Source: a virus
Taxonomy: Duplodnaviria > Caudoviricetes
IMG/VR virus record: IMGVR_UViG_3300037424_000038
Location: 1-40,697 of that record
DNA length: 40,697 bases
Reading direction: 5' to 3' (one strand)
Shown here piece after piece: positions 27,078 through 35,450 of the stretch (the stretch's first letter is position 1; each line of letters starts with the position of its first letter). The notes below the pieces were generated by a model. That model did not search any database. It saw only the letters and a program-made list of their open reading frames with translations, and was not told the origin of the DNA. The translations under genes were made by a program, and so were the position numbers.

Positions 27078-27685
27078 TATTTACCCTTTTTGATTGCTGA
27101 ACGAATATTGCTTGGCAGTTGGTTAAAAAGCCATACCTTTTGATCTGATTCTAGGTTTTGATCTTGCAGGAATTTAACCGCAGTTTCAACCTCACCGGCT
27201 TCAATCTGCTCAGTCACATAGAGAGCATAGTCGGCAAGAGTTTGCTTAACATCATCTGGAAGGTCATCACCGATACCACCGCGCGGCGTAACAATCGGCG
27301 CATCGCCTTTCTTGCCGGTAGTTGCGTCCAAAGCATCATGCTCTACGATTTCAAGCGCATCAACCCACAGATAACGCCGGATGTAGGTTTCTACCGCACC
27401 GAGATTCTGGACTTCGTGACAGCCCTTTAGAGCTGCGGTAGACATGGGCGACTCAATCACAAGCTTTTCTCCAGACTCAAGATCAACAATCGTCATGCTT
27501 GCCATTTCCTTGCCGAAGCTGACGATTCCGATGATCCCGCATTCCTTGAAAACATTCAAAGCCGGAATCAGGAAATCACCAAGCTCGAAATAGTAGTAGT
27601 TTGCGAACTTGTTGTGGCCGGTCTTTTTCAGCTCCAGCTTGTGGAACTTTTCTCGTGCATCGCTGAGTTTTGTATATACGCTCAC
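27077..27685 (-). CDS. erf: ERF-family single-strand annealing recombinase
   Basis: KKTGHNKFANYYYFEL.D and QNLGAVETYIRRYL motifs. Confidence 0.88.
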   Translation of the reverse strand: MSVYTKLSDAREKFHKLELKKTGHNKFANYYYFELGDFLIPALNVFKECGIIGIVSFGKEMASMTIVDLESGEKLVIESPMSTAALKGCHEVQNLGAVETYIRRYLWVDALEIVEHDALDATTGKKGDAPIVTPRGGIGDDLPDDVKQTLADYALYVTEQIEAGEVETAVKFLQDQNLESDQKVWLFNQLPSNIRSAIKKGK

Positions 27686-27840
27686 TTTTTTCCCTTCATG
27701 TTACGCTCGATGATCTTCGCATCTTGCCTGCGCCGTTCCTCCAGCATTGCGTCACGCTGGTCTTGCGCGTCCATTTCTTGCCGCTGCCGGAGTTCGTCCA
27801 TAACCTCGGCTTGGAATTGTTGCTCGTTTCCTGATTCCAT
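27682..27840 (-). CDS. Small helical hypothetical protein
   Basis: GGAGG RBS before ATG 27840. Confidence 0.7.
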   Translation of the reverse strand: MESGNEQQFQAEVMDELRQRQEMDAQDQRDAMLEERRRQDAKIIERNMKGKK

Positions 27841-27858
27841 AGATCCTCCAAAAGCCAT

Positions 27859-27901
27859 ATCTTGCCACAATTGATTTTGATGTATATAGGTAGTTACCCT
27901 A
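27859..27901 (-). promoter_or_regulatory. Promoter with element TAGGGTAACTACCTA (TAG = upstream stop)
   Basis: Element 27887-27901, 22 bp, TG-G-CAAGAT. Confidence 0.62.
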
Positions 27902-28126
27902 GGTACGTGAGCGGATAGCTGAGGCACAATCAGCAGGATCAAAACTCGTAAGTCCTCCTGTTAGAGTTATTTTTACAGCAAACGTATCACATACTTGCGC
28001 GCAAGCCTCGCGCTCCATCAGCACAGCCTGCCGCATCAAATCTTGCACTTTCTCGGCGGTATAAACACGCTCATTTGGTCCGCACTCTCGACCGTACATG
28101 TACGGTGGCAGCTCAGGCAATTCCAT
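27899..28126 (-). CDS. Hypothetical protein (EREACA...CASAIR motif)
   Basis: GGAGGT RBS before ATG 28126. Confidence 0.75.
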   Translation of the reverse strand: MELPELPPYMYGRECGPNERVYTAEKVQDLMRQAVLMEREACAQVCDTFAVKITLTGGLTSFDPADCASAIRSRT

Positions 28127-28127
28127 A

Positions 28128-28337
28128 TCAACCTCCAGTGTTAGGCGGTGGCGGTAGTGGCATCCAGTGGGTTGGATTATCAAAACGAACAAATGATCCA
28201 GTCCATTTTTTACTTATCTTTTCCCATCTTCCGAGCGCATGTCCTTTAGGCTTATTCAGGATAAGCATTTCTTCACCATTCCAGCAAATGAATTGCTTTC
28301 CATTAGTTGGCGCTGTCTCAATCGGTTGCCATTCCAT
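28128..28337 (-). CDS. DUF551-like protein
   Basis: MEWQPIETAP...PTHWMPLPPPP. Confidence 0.82.
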   Translation of the reverse strand: MEWQPIETAPTNGKQFICWNGEEMLILNKPKGHALGRWEKISKKWTGSFVRFDNPTHWMPLPPPPNTGG

Positions 28338-28338
28338 A

Positions 28339-28524
28339 TCAACCTCCAAACACCCATGCAGCAGCCATAGCCAAAGCTACAGCACAGACCAGAATCCACA
28401 CGATCAGCGGGCCTAGCCAGATAAGAACTGTGTCGAACTTCATAGGCATCTTGTAAGGCCCTTCAATCACGTTCTCCCATGGCTTGGCTGATGTGCGCTT
28501 GAATCGCTCTGTAGTGTTGTTCAT
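28339..28524 (-). CDS. Small membrane protein
   Basis: AAGGAG RBS; C-terminal TM. Confidence 0.7.
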   Translation of the reverse strand: MNNTTERFKRTSAKPWENVIEGPYKMPMKFDTVLIWLGPLIVWILVCAVALAMAAAWVFGG

Positions 28525-28910
28525 GCTGACTCCTTGTTGATGATCATGGAGCCACGAAACACGCCAGCATCACGCTGCATGTCGGCGTATTCCCGGCACA
28601 GCTGGCGCATGTCTTGCTCCAGCAAATCGCAGAACCCGAGGCCGTGCAAAGACTCGTAGAGCCCGGCGCAGCGGTCGCACATGTACCAGGTGGTCAACGG
28701 CTCTTCGCCGCCTTCACCGTAGATGCGCTCGGCCACGCTGTCGTAGTTCGGATAACGCCAGCGCCTGAATGCCATCGCGTCATCACCAACGGCGATCCTC
28801 TCTCCGCAAGAACAGCATTTGCGCGAGCGCTTGGTGTTCAGCGGGGCCACGTCCTGTGGTTCGTAGTACCAATCCGCATCGTCGTAGTCGCAATCACAAG
28901 ATAAGCTCAC
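28521..28910 (-). CDS. Cys-rich zinc-finger-like protein
   Basis: CCSC...CDRC. Confidence 0.75.
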   Translation of the reverse strand: MSLSCDCDYDDADWYYEPQDVAPLNTKRSRKCCSCGERIAVGDDAMAFRRWRYPNYDSVAERIYGEGGEEPLTTWYMCDRCAGLYESLHGLGFCDLLEQDMRQLCREYADMQRDAGVFRGSMIINKESA

Positions 28911-29197
28911 AATTTCACCTCCGAAGGTTGAATCATGTTCGTCTTTCCGTAAAGCTCAATGCTTGCACGGCTGGCAATCCTGCCTTTGCGCAAAAGGTTC
29001 ATGACGGACGAAACAATATCAAGCCGCCCTTCTTTCAAAGCGTTCAAAAATACTTCCGAGTTCTCGGACACGATCTCAGCCAGATCATACGCATCAAAAG
29101 CTGCTGCCTGCCTAGCAATAGCATCTTCAATCTCTGCCTGAGTGACTTCACGGCCATAGAACTGGTCTAGCTCTGCATCGGTAACTGGTTTGTCCAT
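28907..29197 (-). CDS. Hypothetical protein, first gene of leftward arm
   Basis: AGGAGG RBS. Confidence 0.8.
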   Translation of the reverse strand: MDKPVTDAELDQFYGREVTQAEIEDAIARQAAAFDAYDLAEIVSENSEVFLNALKEGRLDIVSSVMNLLRKGRIASRASIELYGKTNMIQPSEVKL

Positions 29198-29219
29198 GAT
29201 TCCTCCTAAAAGTGTCTCT

Positions 29220-29262
29220 ATGATAGACGCTAAAAAAGTGCTTGCAATAGGTGAAAACCCTA
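29220..29262 (-). promoter_or_regulatory. Leftward promoter with element TAGGGTTTTCACCTA
   Basis: Element 29248-29262, TTGCAA-16bp-TATCAT. Confidence 0.7.
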
Positions 29263-29392
29263 GATTTGCTCAAGTGTTGCGGCATTCAGCAGCGTAAATC
29301 CTGACCCAGACGGATGCCAGCCAGCGGTATCAATGTGGTAAACATCCTCCAAAAAGATACCATATCCTATCCAATCAGAAGCAAAAAACCAT

Positions 29393-29436
29393 TAGGGAAA
29401 ACACCTATGGACTTAGTTATCCAGCAAGACTAGGAT
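29393..29436 (+). promoter_or_regulatory. Rightward promoter with element TAGGGAAAACACCTA
   Basis: Element 29393-29407, TGGACT-17bp-TAGGAT. Confidence 0.7.
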
Positions 29437-29443
29437 AGTCGCC

Positions 29444-29755
29444 ATGAACTCTTACGTTGCCAACGAACAATCCGCAGTAACACTGCTACGAGCTAAAGCC
29501 ACTTGCTTGGTCTGTACCTATAACGAACCAGAAGACATTGCATCCTCACGCCTAGCCGTTCTTTTAGCGGCAACAGACGCTGAGGCAAAAGAGCAGTGTA
29601 AAAACCATACGACTATGCTGATAAAGCGTGACTTGATTAGGCAAGCATTAGGATACACGAAACATGGGGCTATTGTTCCTGTAGACATTGAGACTACTGG
29701 TAAGCTGGTTCAGTTGCTGAAAGAAATGTTTGATGGTCGATCTATTGAAGATTGA
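29444..29755 (+). CDS. Hypothetical protein (possibly leaderless)
   Basis: ATG 7 nt after -10 box, no SD. Confidence 0.6.
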   Translation: MNSYVANEQSAVTLLRAKATCLVCTYNEPEDIASSRLAVLLAATDAEAKEQCKNHTTMLIKRDLIRQALGYTKHGAIVPVDIETTGKLVQLLKEMFDGRSIED

Positions 29756-29786
29756 TTGCTAGAGTAACTTTAGTGAAGGAGTAGAT

Positions 29787-30140
29787 ATGGAAATAAAGCC
29801 TAACGTTATTTGCTTGACGAAAGGACTGGTTATTGACGCAGAATGCAATGACATGCTCGTGGAAGTGATGGAGTTTGTGCCTTCTGGCCATATATGGACT
29901 GACCCAGATGGGCGCACATGGATGGATTATGGGGGCATTCCTTGCTGGGCAGTAGTTTCTATTGGTAGCAACTTCCCAGCAAGTTCTAATTCGCCAGAGT
30001 CAAAATATTCAATCTTCGCTCCACGCAATCTCCGCCCCATCCGTGACCCCGGAGACGACGCAGTAGACGAATTCCTAGCTCTTACTGGAAAGCCGGACTA
30101 CAAGGAAAAGATTGCTGAGAAGATGAATGAGCGTGTATGA
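29787..30140 (+). CDS. Hypothetical protein
   Basis: AAGGAG RBS; LRPIRDPGDDAVDE. Confidence 0.78.
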   Translation: MEIKPNVICLTKGLVIDAECNDMLVEVMEFVPSGHIWTDPDGRTWMDYGGIPCWAVVSIGSNFPASSNSPESKYSIFAPRNLRPIRDPGDDAVDEFLALTGKPDYKEKIAEKMNERV

Positions 30141-30373
30141 GCAAACTTAAATATATCGTATTTAACGACAATGGATTTTCTGAATTCGTTGTGTTCCCGG
30201 AAACATTAGTACACAGAGATATTGCTAGAGCGGTTCGCGCAGAGAATATTTTGGGCGCTGGATTTTGTAACATCCATGACGATAAATTTGTTTGTTATGG
30301 TGAAAGCATTTCTCTTGGTGTCAAATGTCGTCGTGATGGTTCTGACTCAGAGGTTTTGAATAGGAGCACCTAA
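30137..30373 (+). CDS. Hypothetical protein
   Basis: Coupled; GAGFC...CYGESISL. Confidence 0.72.
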   Translation: MSKLKYIVFNDNGFSEFVVFPETLVHRDIARAVRAENILGAGFCNIHDDKFVCYGESISLGVKCRRDGSDSEVLNRST

Positions 30374-30597
30374 TGAACTGGCCCGATGGAACACACCGCA
30401 GCGAACACAACGCCTTTGATCTATCAGAGCCTAGCGACTTTGGCCGGCAGTGGGTGAAAGAACTAGCAACCTCTACTCGTAACCGTGGAGCTGCTTTCCA
30501 GGTGAAAGAAGTGAAAGCGCGACAGAACATCAGTTTCGACCCTCATGCTCTGCTGAGTGCAGAGAAAACACAGCGTATCAAGAAAGGAACGATATGA
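30373..30597 (+). CDS. Hypothetical protein
   Basis: AGGAG RBS, TAATG coupling. Confidence 0.7.
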   Translation: MNWPDGTHRSEHNAFDLSEPSDFGRQWVKELATSTRNRGAAFQVKEVKARQNISFDPHALLSAEKTQRIKKGTI

Positions 30598-30770
30598 ACA
30601 AGCAACAAATTAAATATGCTTTGCGTGAGGCGGCAGAGGACAAAGACCCGTTTATGTATCTTGAAGATGGGGCGTTGTATTTTGCTTATGAATATGAGGA
30701 TGCTCTTATTTAAAGAAGCCCACAATCAGTTTCGTGGTTTTTTCTTTTACTCGCCGAGGCAATCGAATGA
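30594..30770 (+). pseudogene. MNKQQIK-family paralog with internal TAA (30711-30713)
   Basis: Read through the stop it ends FFLLLAEAIE, matching the intact neighbour. Confidence 0.65.
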
Positions 30771-30964
30771 ACAAACAACAGATCAAGAAAGAGCTTCGGC
30801 GTAGTGTGTGCGATGACGTAACGCCTAGTTATTTTATTTCTGACGAGGCATATATTGCATGCATTGGATATCGAGTTGTTAACGAAAAAACACACGAAAA
30901 TCCATACAGTTTATGCCCAGATGATCAGCGCACCTTCTTTTTGCTTTGCGCGGAGGCACTATGA
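30767..30964 (+). CDS. MNKQQIK-family hypothetical protein
   Basis: GAGG RBS; ends FFLLCAEAL. Confidence 0.72.
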   Translation: MNKQQIKKELRRSVCDDVTPSYFISDEAYIACIGYRVVNEKTHENPYSLCPDDQRTFFLLCAEAL

Positions 30965-31176
30965 AAGAATCACAAGGCCGTCGCTTAATCAAGCTGCTCA
31001 AGCATCGCCCAATGACCGCGCTAGAGCTTCAACTGACCGGCATATCTACCTGCTGGCACAAACGAGTTAAAGAGTGCCTGCAAGATGGCGAGGTGCTGAA
31101 ACCAGTTGGCAAACGTGGACGCAGCAACATCTATCGAGTGGTGGTAAGCCCTAAGACTGTTTGGAGGAACAAATGA
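30961..31176 (+). CDS. Winged-helix-like small protein
   Basis: GGAGG RBS; LIKLLKHRPMTALEL...KRV...YRV. Confidence 0.65.
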   Translation: MKESQGRRLIKLLKHRPMTALELQLTGISTCWHKRVKECLQDGEVLKPVGKRGRSNIYRVVVSPKTVWRNK

Positions 31177-31556
31177 ATAATGTAGAAAAGGGAATTCAGT
31201 TGGCTAAGAAGTATGCAGATTTATTTGCTGATGTTTACTATCTGCAAGACCAAGGAACTTCTTATCAAATGGCTCATGAATTCCGTCCTCTTGTTAAATC
31301 AAAGGATGAAGCACTTACAGAACTCAGCACCCACCTAGAAGCAATGGAAGCAGATAGGGTTAGGCTGCTAGAGGCGCTGAAACGTGTTGTGTACACTGTC
31401 CCTGGAATTGGAGATGGCGGTGGTTTCGTATTTGATCATCACTCGCCTGATGGTGAGTATCTTGGGTATGAAAATGTTGACCCTATGGCTGTCATCCAAG
31501 AAATGCAATCAGTTGCAATGAACGCCATCGCACAATCAACCGGAGAAACATCATGA
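31173..31556 (+). CDS. Hypothetical protein
   Basis: GGAGG RBS before ATG 31173. Confidence 0.72.
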   Translation: MNNVEKGIQLAKKYADLFADVYYLQDQGTSYQMAHEFRPLVKSKDEALTELSTHLEAMEADRVRLLEALKRVVYTVPGIGDGGGFVFDHHSPDGEYLGYENVDPMAVIQEMQSVAMNAIAQSTGETS

Positions 31557-31909
31557 GTGAAGAAACTTGGCTGAAAGAGTTCTATCCTGTACACGCTAAT
31601 AAAGTGCCTGAAAAAAAGGCTATCAAGCACAGCCTACAAAAGTGGTATGGCCTGAGACAAGAGAACTTGAAGAAGCATGGTATTCACTATCCACCAATAG
31701 AAATTAATGGTAGTTCATGCGCTCTTTGCAAGCAATATTTTAATGCTGGATGCGTCAAGTGCCCATTGGCTCAATTTAATGGACGCCAATGCGATGAAAG
31801 TGATGGAGAGAATTTTTCGCTATTTTTTGCATACGATTGGCAAGACGATCCAGAGCCAATGATCGCCGCACTTGAAGCAATCGAATTTGTCGAAAGGACA
31901 TGCAAATGA
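31553..31909 (+). CDS. Cys-rich hypothetical protein
   Basis: CALC...CVKCPL. Confidence 0.72.
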   Translation: MSEETWLKEFYPVHANKVPEKKAIKHSLQKWYGLRQENLKKHGIHYPPIEINGSSCALCKQYFNAGCVKCPLAQFNGRQCDESDGENFSLFFAYDWQDDPEPMIAALEAIEFVERTCK

Positions 31910-32253
31910 AGGTCACAGAACGCCATAAAAAGCTACTCGCTGCCATCGCCAGCAGCCCCCGCACAGCCCATCATTTCACCCATGGTAACCTAAACCAGAT
32001 CACCAGCCCCAACATCATCGAGAAGTGGCTACGTGAAATGGCCGAAGCTGGCTACGTGTACGAGGACAAAGGCGTCTACCACATCACAGTTCTAGGACGC
32101 TCCATGCTTGACACAAAGGATGGCAAGGCTACAGTACGTGAGTTGGATTGGAAGAAGACTAGGTACGCTGTAGGAGACGGTGAGTCGTCAGTGTTTTACC
32201 AGCGACCAGGATCGGATCACAGCCATCTTAAAAGCTATGGAGATAAGTGCTGA
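31906..32253 (+). CDS. Winged-helix-like protein
   Basis: LREMAEAGYV...YHITVLGR. Confidence 0.65.
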   Translation: MKVTERHKKLLAAIASSPRTAHHFTHGNLNQITSPNIIEKWLREMAEAGYVYEDKGVYHITVLGRSMLDTKDGKATVRELDWKKTRYAVGDGESSVFYQRPGSDHSHLKSYGDKC

Positions 32254-32510
32254 TGAGCTACTCAGTAATGGCCGATGTTGCCAAACGAAAACTAGCACGT
32301 ATTCTTGAAGATGAATGCAAGCGTCATCGAAAAGAACACCTTGAGCAGTTCGCTCCGAAAAAAGAAGAGCCTGAGAAAACCACTGATACGCTTAAATTAA
32401 CCATTTCGCAACAACAATATCAAGCGTATTTAGCGATGGCTAAAAATGTTAACAATCCATACATCGGAATGTCACAGGCAAATTTTAACAACATGTTCTG
32501 GGTGAAATAA
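32253..32510 (+). CDS. Hypothetical protein
   Basis: TGATG coupling. Confidence 0.62.
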   Translation: MSYSVMADVAKRKLARILEDECKRHRKEHLEQFAPKKEEPEKTTDTLKLTISQQQYQAYLAMAKNVNNPYIGMSQANFNNMFWVK

Positions 32511-32680
32511 TGACACTCACCAAAAAATACCTTCTTATCGAACTCCACCACACCGATAAGCTAAAAGACCTGCTAGACAAAGTAGCAGGACGTATCTACA
32601 TCATGGAAGGTGTAGAGGGTGACGTAACAGCTACTGAGCTTACAGAAGAGCAGGTAGAACGATTGAAGGAGCAAGCATGA
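32510..32680 (+). CDS. Small hypothetical protein (56 aa, MTLTKKYLLIEL...)
   Basis: TAATG and ATGA couplings on both sides. Confidence 0.65.
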   Translation: MTLTKKYLLIELHHTDKLKDLLDKVAGRIYIMEGVEGDVTATELTEEQVERLKEQA

Positions 32681-32784
32681 ACGAACAGAAACGCGCCCCA
32701 TGGCCGTTCCCTACCCACAACGGCAAGCCTTTGCTCCCAGCAAAGAAGCTCAACCCTGCTGATTGGCCGGATGCACTTGTATGA
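32677..32784 (+). CDS. Pro-rich 35-aa peptide (MNEQKRAPWPFP...)
   Basis: AAGGAG RBS; ATGA couplings on both sides. Confidence 0.62.
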   Translation: MNEQKRAPWPFPTHNGKPLLPAKKLNPADWPDALV

Positions 32785-33008
32785 GCAGAGACGGAACCAG
32801 AGACACACAGAATGTTTCTAAGGAAAAAACAGGGGCATTTCTTAAACTGTTCTTGTCTATTGAGCAAAAATTAGGCGGGAAAGAAAAGGCTTGCGATTAC
32901 GTTGGCATTACTCGCGGTCACTACAACAGCATTTCAGATGGAGCGCAATTGTTGTCTATCAAAATGGCTAAAAAGATACTTGATGCACATAAGAGGCTTA
33001 AGACATGA
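32781..33008 (+). CDS. XRE/Cro-like HTH protein
   Basis: GGKEKACDYVGITRGHYNSISDG helix-turn-helix pattern. Confidence 0.6.
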   Translation: MSRDGTRDTQNVSKEKTGAFLKLFLSIEQKLGGKEKACDYVGITRGHYNSISDGAQLLSIKMAKKILDAHKRLKT

Positions 33009-33202
33009 GTATGACCTACCCCCAATGGATATGTGCTACCTGTGGAATGGAGCATGGAAATAAACAGACCCCAGGAATCGCAACATGGCATTACGGAACT
33101 TGCGACATTTGCAAGAAAGATCATGTTCCAGTGACTGAACCGCGAGACTTTGGCCATTTGAAGGAGACATGGAAGAATGATAGCCCTGCCAAGCTACGTT
33201 GA
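33005..33202 (+). CDS. Small zinc-finger protein
   Basis: CATC...CDIC, TEPRDFG. Confidence 0.72.
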   Translation: MSMTYPQWICATCGMEHGNKQTPGIATWHYGTCDICKKDHVPVTEPRDFGHLKETWKNDSPAKLR

Positions 33203-33206
33203 CCAC

Positions 33207-33235
33207 TTGCAAACTGGATGAATCAGCAGTAAAAT
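33207..33235 (+). promoter_or_regulatory. Sigma70-type promoter for HNH-replication operon
   Basis: TTGCAA-17bp-TAAAAT. Confidence 0.7.
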
Positions 33236-33244
33236 AGTTGCAAT

Positions 33245-33346
33245 CCCTTGGCGGGGAGTTTTCGGTAAGCCCTAGACGCGACTCTGCTGGTACCGACCAG
33301 TCCGCCAACATCCGAAAGGATGAGAGTTGCGCCTAGGGCTTTTTTA
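33245..33346 (+). promoter_or_regulatory. Structured attenuator-like leader
   Basis: 19-bp stem 33267-33285/33323-33341 plus U tract, two inner hairpins (one GAAA), ttggcgg/ccgccaa alternative pairing. Confidence 0.72.
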
Positions 33347-33356
33347 TTGGTAAATC

Positions 33357-33791
33357 ATGAAAGCAAAATCTTATGCTGAAAAGCTAAAAGACCCACGCTG
33401 GCAAAAAAAACGCCTTGAATCTTTAGATATTGCAGGGTGGTCATGTGCTTTGTGTCAAGGAAAAGAATCAACGCTGCACGTACATCACAAGCAATACATT
33501 AAAGGAAGGGAACCTTGGGAATATGACAATGATCAACTAGAGGTATTGTGCGAAAGTTGTCATAAAGAAGAGCATGAAGGAGAAGACATTTTAATGAATG
33601 TTATTTCTCGTCTGCCACTTGAAGGAATGAAATGGATAGATCGAGAGAAAGCAGCATACCTGATTGCTGGTGTTCTTGGACTTGATAGCATTTCTTTTCC
33701 AGACGTATCAAAAAAAGCATGGTTTTACGCTGGTTTGCGAGTGCAAGATCAAGTTGACGAGATTTTCCAAGAATTCATTGGAGAAATGTGA
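33357..33791 (+). CDS. HNH endonuclease-like protein
   Basis: DPRWQKKR, CALC, LHVHH, LCESCH. Confidence 0.8.
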   Translation: MKAKSYAEKLKDPRWQKKRLESLDIAGWSCALCQGKESTLHVHHKQYIKGREPWEYDNDQLEVLCESCHKEEHEGEDILMNVISRLPLEGMKWIDREKAAYLIAGVLGLDSISFPDVSKKAWFYAGLRVQDQVDEIFQEFIGEM

Positions 33792-34654
33792 TGGCAAGAT
33801 CAAGAAACATAAAGCCAAGTTTTTTTACAAATGAGATTCTTGGAACACTTGATCCAATAATTTCAATGACCTTTGTTGGGCTATGGTGTTTAGCAGATAG
33901 AACCGGAAGAATGGAAGATAGACCACTGCGAATTAAGGCAGAGCTTTTCCCATACCGTGAAGGAATGGATGTTAACGGTTATTTAACTGTCCTTGAACGC
34001 AATGGGTTTATAGACAGATATGAAGTAAATGGTCAAAAATACATTCAAGTTCTTAAATTTGAAAAACATCAATCACCGCATCACACAGAAAAGCCAAAAG
34101 GATACCCAGCAAATCCAGCTTCAATTGGTGATTCTAGTTACACAACGGTTAAAGAACAGTTAGAAGACGTAAAAGGAAAGGTTCTTGAACGCTCTGATTC
34201 ATTGATTCCTGATTCATTGATTCCTGATGCAGCTAAAGCTGCTGGCGCAAAAGCGCCTCAAAGCAAACGAGGTGGAAGATTGCCTGATGATTGGATTTTG
34301 CCGAAGAATTGGGGAGATTGGGCTTTAAAAGAGTTCCCAAGTTGGACTGTTGAAATCATCAGATTGGAGGCAGAAAAGTTTGCAGATCATTGGAAGTCAA
34401 AGTCTGGCAAAGATGCTGTAAAGATGGATTGGGAGGCGACATGGAGGAATTGGTGTAGAAGTGACATAGCACAAAGAGCATATGCTTCGACATTAAACCA
34501 AAACAATCCTCAATGGAAGCATATTCAAGCGGTTACGACGCCATCCAGGCAAGGACAAGACCCTGCACTAGCCAAGATAATTGCTGACGGCCTGAACGCA
34601 TCAAAACCGTCTGATTCTGTGCGTGAAAAGATGCGAGAACTAGCGAGGAAATGA
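33791..34654 (+). CDS. Phage replication initiator
   Basis: MARSRNIKPSFF N-terminus; FADHW...DWEATWRNW DnaT-like C-domain. Confidence 0.8.
   Translation: MARSRNIKPSFFTNEILGTLDPIISMTFVGLWCLADRTGRMEDRPLRIKAELFPYREGMDVNGYLTVLERNGFIDRYEVNGQKYIQVLKFEKHQSPHHTEKPKGYPANPASIGDSSYTTVKEQLEDVKGKVLERSDSLIPDSLIPDAAKAAGAKAPQSKRGGRLPDDWILPKNWGDWALKEFPSWTVEIIRLEAEKFADHWKSKSGKDAVKMDWEATWRNWCRSDIAQRAYASTLNQNNPQWKHIQAVTTPSRQGQDPALAKIIADGLNASKPSDSVREKMRELARK
34194..34228. repeat. 15-bp tandem repeat inside initiator gene (possible ori iteron)
   Basis: ctgattcattgattc x2 plus ctgat. Confidence 0.55.
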
Positions 34655-35370
34655 AGATGAAAACAATCGTAAGCTATGGAGCAGGAACAAACAGCACGGC
34701 TATGCTTGTCGGTCTTTTTGAGCGCGGAGAACGACCAGATGCGATTTTGTTTGCTGACACTGGAGGTGAGCGGCCTAGCACTTACGAGCATGTTTTAAAA
34801 GTAAATGAGTGGTGCTTGATGGTTGGTTTTCCTGAAATAATCACCTTGCGTGCAACAGGAAAAACACTTGAGCAAGATTGCTTAGACAGAAAGGCGCTTC
34901 CGTCTATTGCTTACGGTTTTAAGACTTGCAGCCAGCGATGGAAAAAACAGCCTCAAGACAAGTGGATGAACAACAATGATGGATTTAAAGACGCAATAAA
35001 ACTGCTTGGGATTGATGCAGGGGAGCCGCACCGAGTAAAAGACTTCCCAAATACTAGATACCCACTTGTTGAATGGGATTGGGATCGAGATGAATGCGTA
35101 GAAGCAATTAAAAGAGCAGCATTGCCGCAACCTGGGAAAAGCGCATGTTTTTTCTGCCCAAGTAGTAAACCTAAGGAAATTTTGCTGCTAAGGCAAGAAA
35201 GCCCCGATTTGCTGGAAAGAGCTTTGGCAATGGAACAAAACGCAGAGCTTACATCAATCAAAGGGCTTGGAAGGAATTACTCATGGACAGAGTTGATAAA
35301 TTATCAAGATTCTCAGATTGATATGTTTAGAACATTACAGGAAACGCCATGCGAATGTTTTGACGGTTAG
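34651..35370 (+). CDS. PAPS-reductase-like (PP-loop) protein
   Basis: VSYGAGTNSTAM, FADTGGE, KSACFFCP. Confidence 0.82.
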   Translation: MKMKTIVSYGAGTNSTAMLVGLFERGERPDAILFADTGGERPSTYEHVLKVNEWCLMVGFPEIITLRATGKTLEQDCLDRKALPSIAYGFKTCSQRWKKQPQDKWMNNNDGFKDAIKLLGIDAGEPHRVKDFPNTRYPLVEWDWDRDECVEAIKRAALPQPGKSACFFCPSSKPKEILLLRQESPDLLERALAMEQNAELTSIKGLGRNYSWTELINYQDSQIDMFRTLQETPCECFDG

Positions 35371-35410
35371 GGTAAACACCAATACCAAAGACAAATCTAG
35401 CTGATAGACT
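35368..35410 (+). promoter_or_regulatory. Promoter with element TAGGGTAAACACCAA (TAG = upstream stop)
   Basis: Element 35368-35382, 22 bp, TAGACT. Confidence 0.62.
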
Positions 35411-35450
35411 GCATACACTGCAATAAAGCAGCAACTTAAAGGAGTAGACC

